The position numbers and the translations under genes were made by a program. The notes below the pieces were generated by a model. It was not told the origin of the DNA. It was given only the letters and a program-made list of their open reading frames with translations, and did no database searches. From assembly GCA_963705105.1 (NCBI GenBank), contig CAVPIW010000013.1, forward strand, positions 1 to 61,125: a stretch of 61,125 nucleotides of DNA. The letters are read 5' to 3'. This stretch comes from an uncultured Nitrospiraceae bacterium (GTDB lineage: Bacteria; Nitrospirota; Thermodesulfovibrionia; Thermodesulfovibrionales; Dissulfurispiraceae). The stretch's first letter is position 1. Each line of letters opens with the position of its first letter. Of this stretch, positions 59,552 through 61,125 are shown in pieces.

Positions 59552-60367
59552 TCACGTGAATATCTGCCTCTTTTTGTTCGTCTTCTTCCCTTCCAGTTGC
59601 GGGTGCTGGGGGTAGCCGCCGTCGTCCAGCAGCACCTGGAGGCGGTCATGCACCTGCTGGTGCGTGATCTGATAGTTCAGCTCCTTGATGGCCTCGATGG
59701 CGTAATAGGTCATGGCGCCGTGATAGGTCCCGCCGATGAGGGCGTCATAGGAGTATTCCTTGTCCGTGCAGCCGCTGAGCAGGAGCGCCTTCATTTTTGA
59801 CTCCGGGTACTTGATCTTCCCTTTCGGTTTTGCCTTGAAGGGATTCTCGAGCACTTTCCTGCCCATGAGAGCGGGGTTGAGAAACCTGATCCTTCTGTCG
59901 TCAGGGGTCTTCAGTCCGGGAATGATCTCGGTAATGGCCGCCCGCAGCACAGTTCCCGAGAAGCAGGAGTCCGAGACGACCGTCATGCGGACACCCTTTG
60001 CAAGCCCTTCAATGAGCTCGCGCAACTCGTCATCGACGATGAGATTTTCTGCACAGTCGTAAGGACAAAGGGCCTCGTCGTACATCTCCTCATCTCCGCT
60101 CGTGTCCGCCAGATATGTTCCGTGCGACGAGTTTGTGAAGACGAGGATGTCGCCCGACTTTGCACCTGTCAGCAGGTCCTTGATGCCTGCGATCATTTTC
60201 GCCTTTGTGGCCTCGGCGTCGAACATGAGCTTCACATCGGCCTTCGGGAACCCGAAGTGATCGATGATGAGACCGGCCCACGCCTTCGCGTCGTTGACGC
60301 ACCCGTTGAGATCGTTACCGTCATAGGGATAATCGTTGATTCCCACACAGAGAGCCCTCTTTGCCAT
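59552..60367 (-). CDS. metacaspase B, copy 2
   Basis: Identical protein to 56700-57515. Confidence 0.95.
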   Translation of the reverse strand: MAKRALCVGINDYPYDGNDLNGCVNDAKAWAGLIIDHFGFPKADVKLMFDAEATKAKMIAGIKDLLTGAKSGDILVFTNSSHGTYLADTSGDEEMYDEALCPYDCAENLIVDDELRELIEGLAKGVRMTVVSDSCFSGTVLRAAITEIIPGLKTPDDRRIRFLNPALMGRKVLENPFKAKPKGKIKYPESKMKALLLSGCTDKEYSYDALIGGTYHGAMTYYAIEAIKELNYQITHQQVHDRLQVLLDDGGYPQHPQLEGKKTNKKRQIFT

Positions 60368-60683
60368 GCCGTCCTCCTTCCGGGGATTATAATGTCCCCA
60401 GGACCTTTTATTACATGTTCTTCAGGTGTTTCCCGTACTCCTCCGAAATCTCCCGTAGCAATATCTTACTAATTCATACCACAAAATGACATTCCTGTCT
60501 TGACCTTTTTTGCTTTTCTTTTGACATATTTTCTCAGGAATGATGAAATCGCCGTTGCGGGGGAGTTACGGACGGGGAATGCTCAGCGTTGTCTGAGCGG
60601 CAGGAGAAGTCAGGATGGGCTTTACAGAGGTCGGAGCGGGGATAACCGGACGATACAACTCGGATTAGGAAATAGAGCTGTTC

Positions 60684-61043
60684 CTATTGGCGCTTAAGCC
60701 CCAGGGCCTTCGAGTATGATTCCTCGGAAAAGCCGTAGATCTTTTTCCCGTTGATGATGGCAAAGGGAACGCCCTTGCGTCCGGAAAGCTCCTTCTTTCG
60801 CTCTGCTGCCCTGCTGTCCTTTTCTATATCGTAGGCCACATACCGGATGCGATTGTCCTGAAGGAACTTGACGGCTTTCGCGCAATAGGGGCACCAGTCG
60901 GTAATGTAAATCTCGACCGTCGCTGCTTTCTCGTCGGCAGCAATTATCCGTCCGCCAGGTTTCGAAGACTCTCCGAAACAGAGACACTGTGTTCCCAGTA
61001 TTACGGCTACCATCATTGCAAAGGCAACAAGCTTCACTCTCAT
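60684..61043 (-). CDS. exported glutaredoxin/NrdH-like protein, copy 2
   Basis: Identical protein to copy 1. Confidence 0.88.
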   Translation of the reverse strand: MRVKLVAFAMMVAVILGTQCLCFGESSKPGGRIIAADEKAATVEIYITDWCPYCAKAVKFLQDNRIRYVAYDIEKDSRAAERKKELSGRKGVPFAIINGKKIYGFSEESYSKALGLKRQ

Positions 61044-61125
61044 ATCCGTCTCCTTAGGTTTGTCAACCTTGATGTGACATCCGTTGTCTTTCTGTTATCG
61101 TCGGCGAAGGCTCTTTATTCAATTC

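Larger units (their letters stand above)
55404..61097. repeat. tandem duplication, unit ~2852 bp (55404-58255 and 58256-61097)
   Basis: All ORFs recur at offset 2852 with few substitutions. Confidence 0.95.

Overview
Bacterial chromosomal segment, probably from an anaerobic deltaproteobacterium (Desulfobacterota/Syntrophorhabdus-like; inferred from gene content only). It has three parts. (1) 1-23.5 kb is a decaying defence/toxin-antitoxin island: PLD-SNF2 helicase, PemK toxin and type IIG R-M operon; a DGQHR plus HEPN-like gene pair followed by an attC-like site, each gene hit by an IS; a PD-(D/E)xK nuclease; WYL/ARPP-1; several TA modules; an IS21-derived miniature element; and local duplications. 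(2) 23.7-43 kb is mostly housekeeping (putA, a secreted clan-CD protease, pirin/MarR, nfi, tRNA-Pro, a PAS hybrid kinase) with a ~210-bp hairpin MITE family scattered through it. (3) 43.4-61.1 kb is a minus-strand cluster: glutaredoxin, metacaspase, papain-like protease, metacaspase, CHAT protease, helical membrane-tailed protein, Zn-ribbon/TPR protein, NACHT/STAND NTPase and patatin phospholipase. The CHAT, TPR and NACHT proteins share a repeated Q-x-V-x-x-V-x-G-G-x-V-x-G beta motif, which suggests an inflammasome-like amyloid-signalling/proteolytic cell-death system. This cluster also carries an IS3 insertion and a 2852-bp tandem duplication. All family assignments come from motifs read by eye; no database searches were run.
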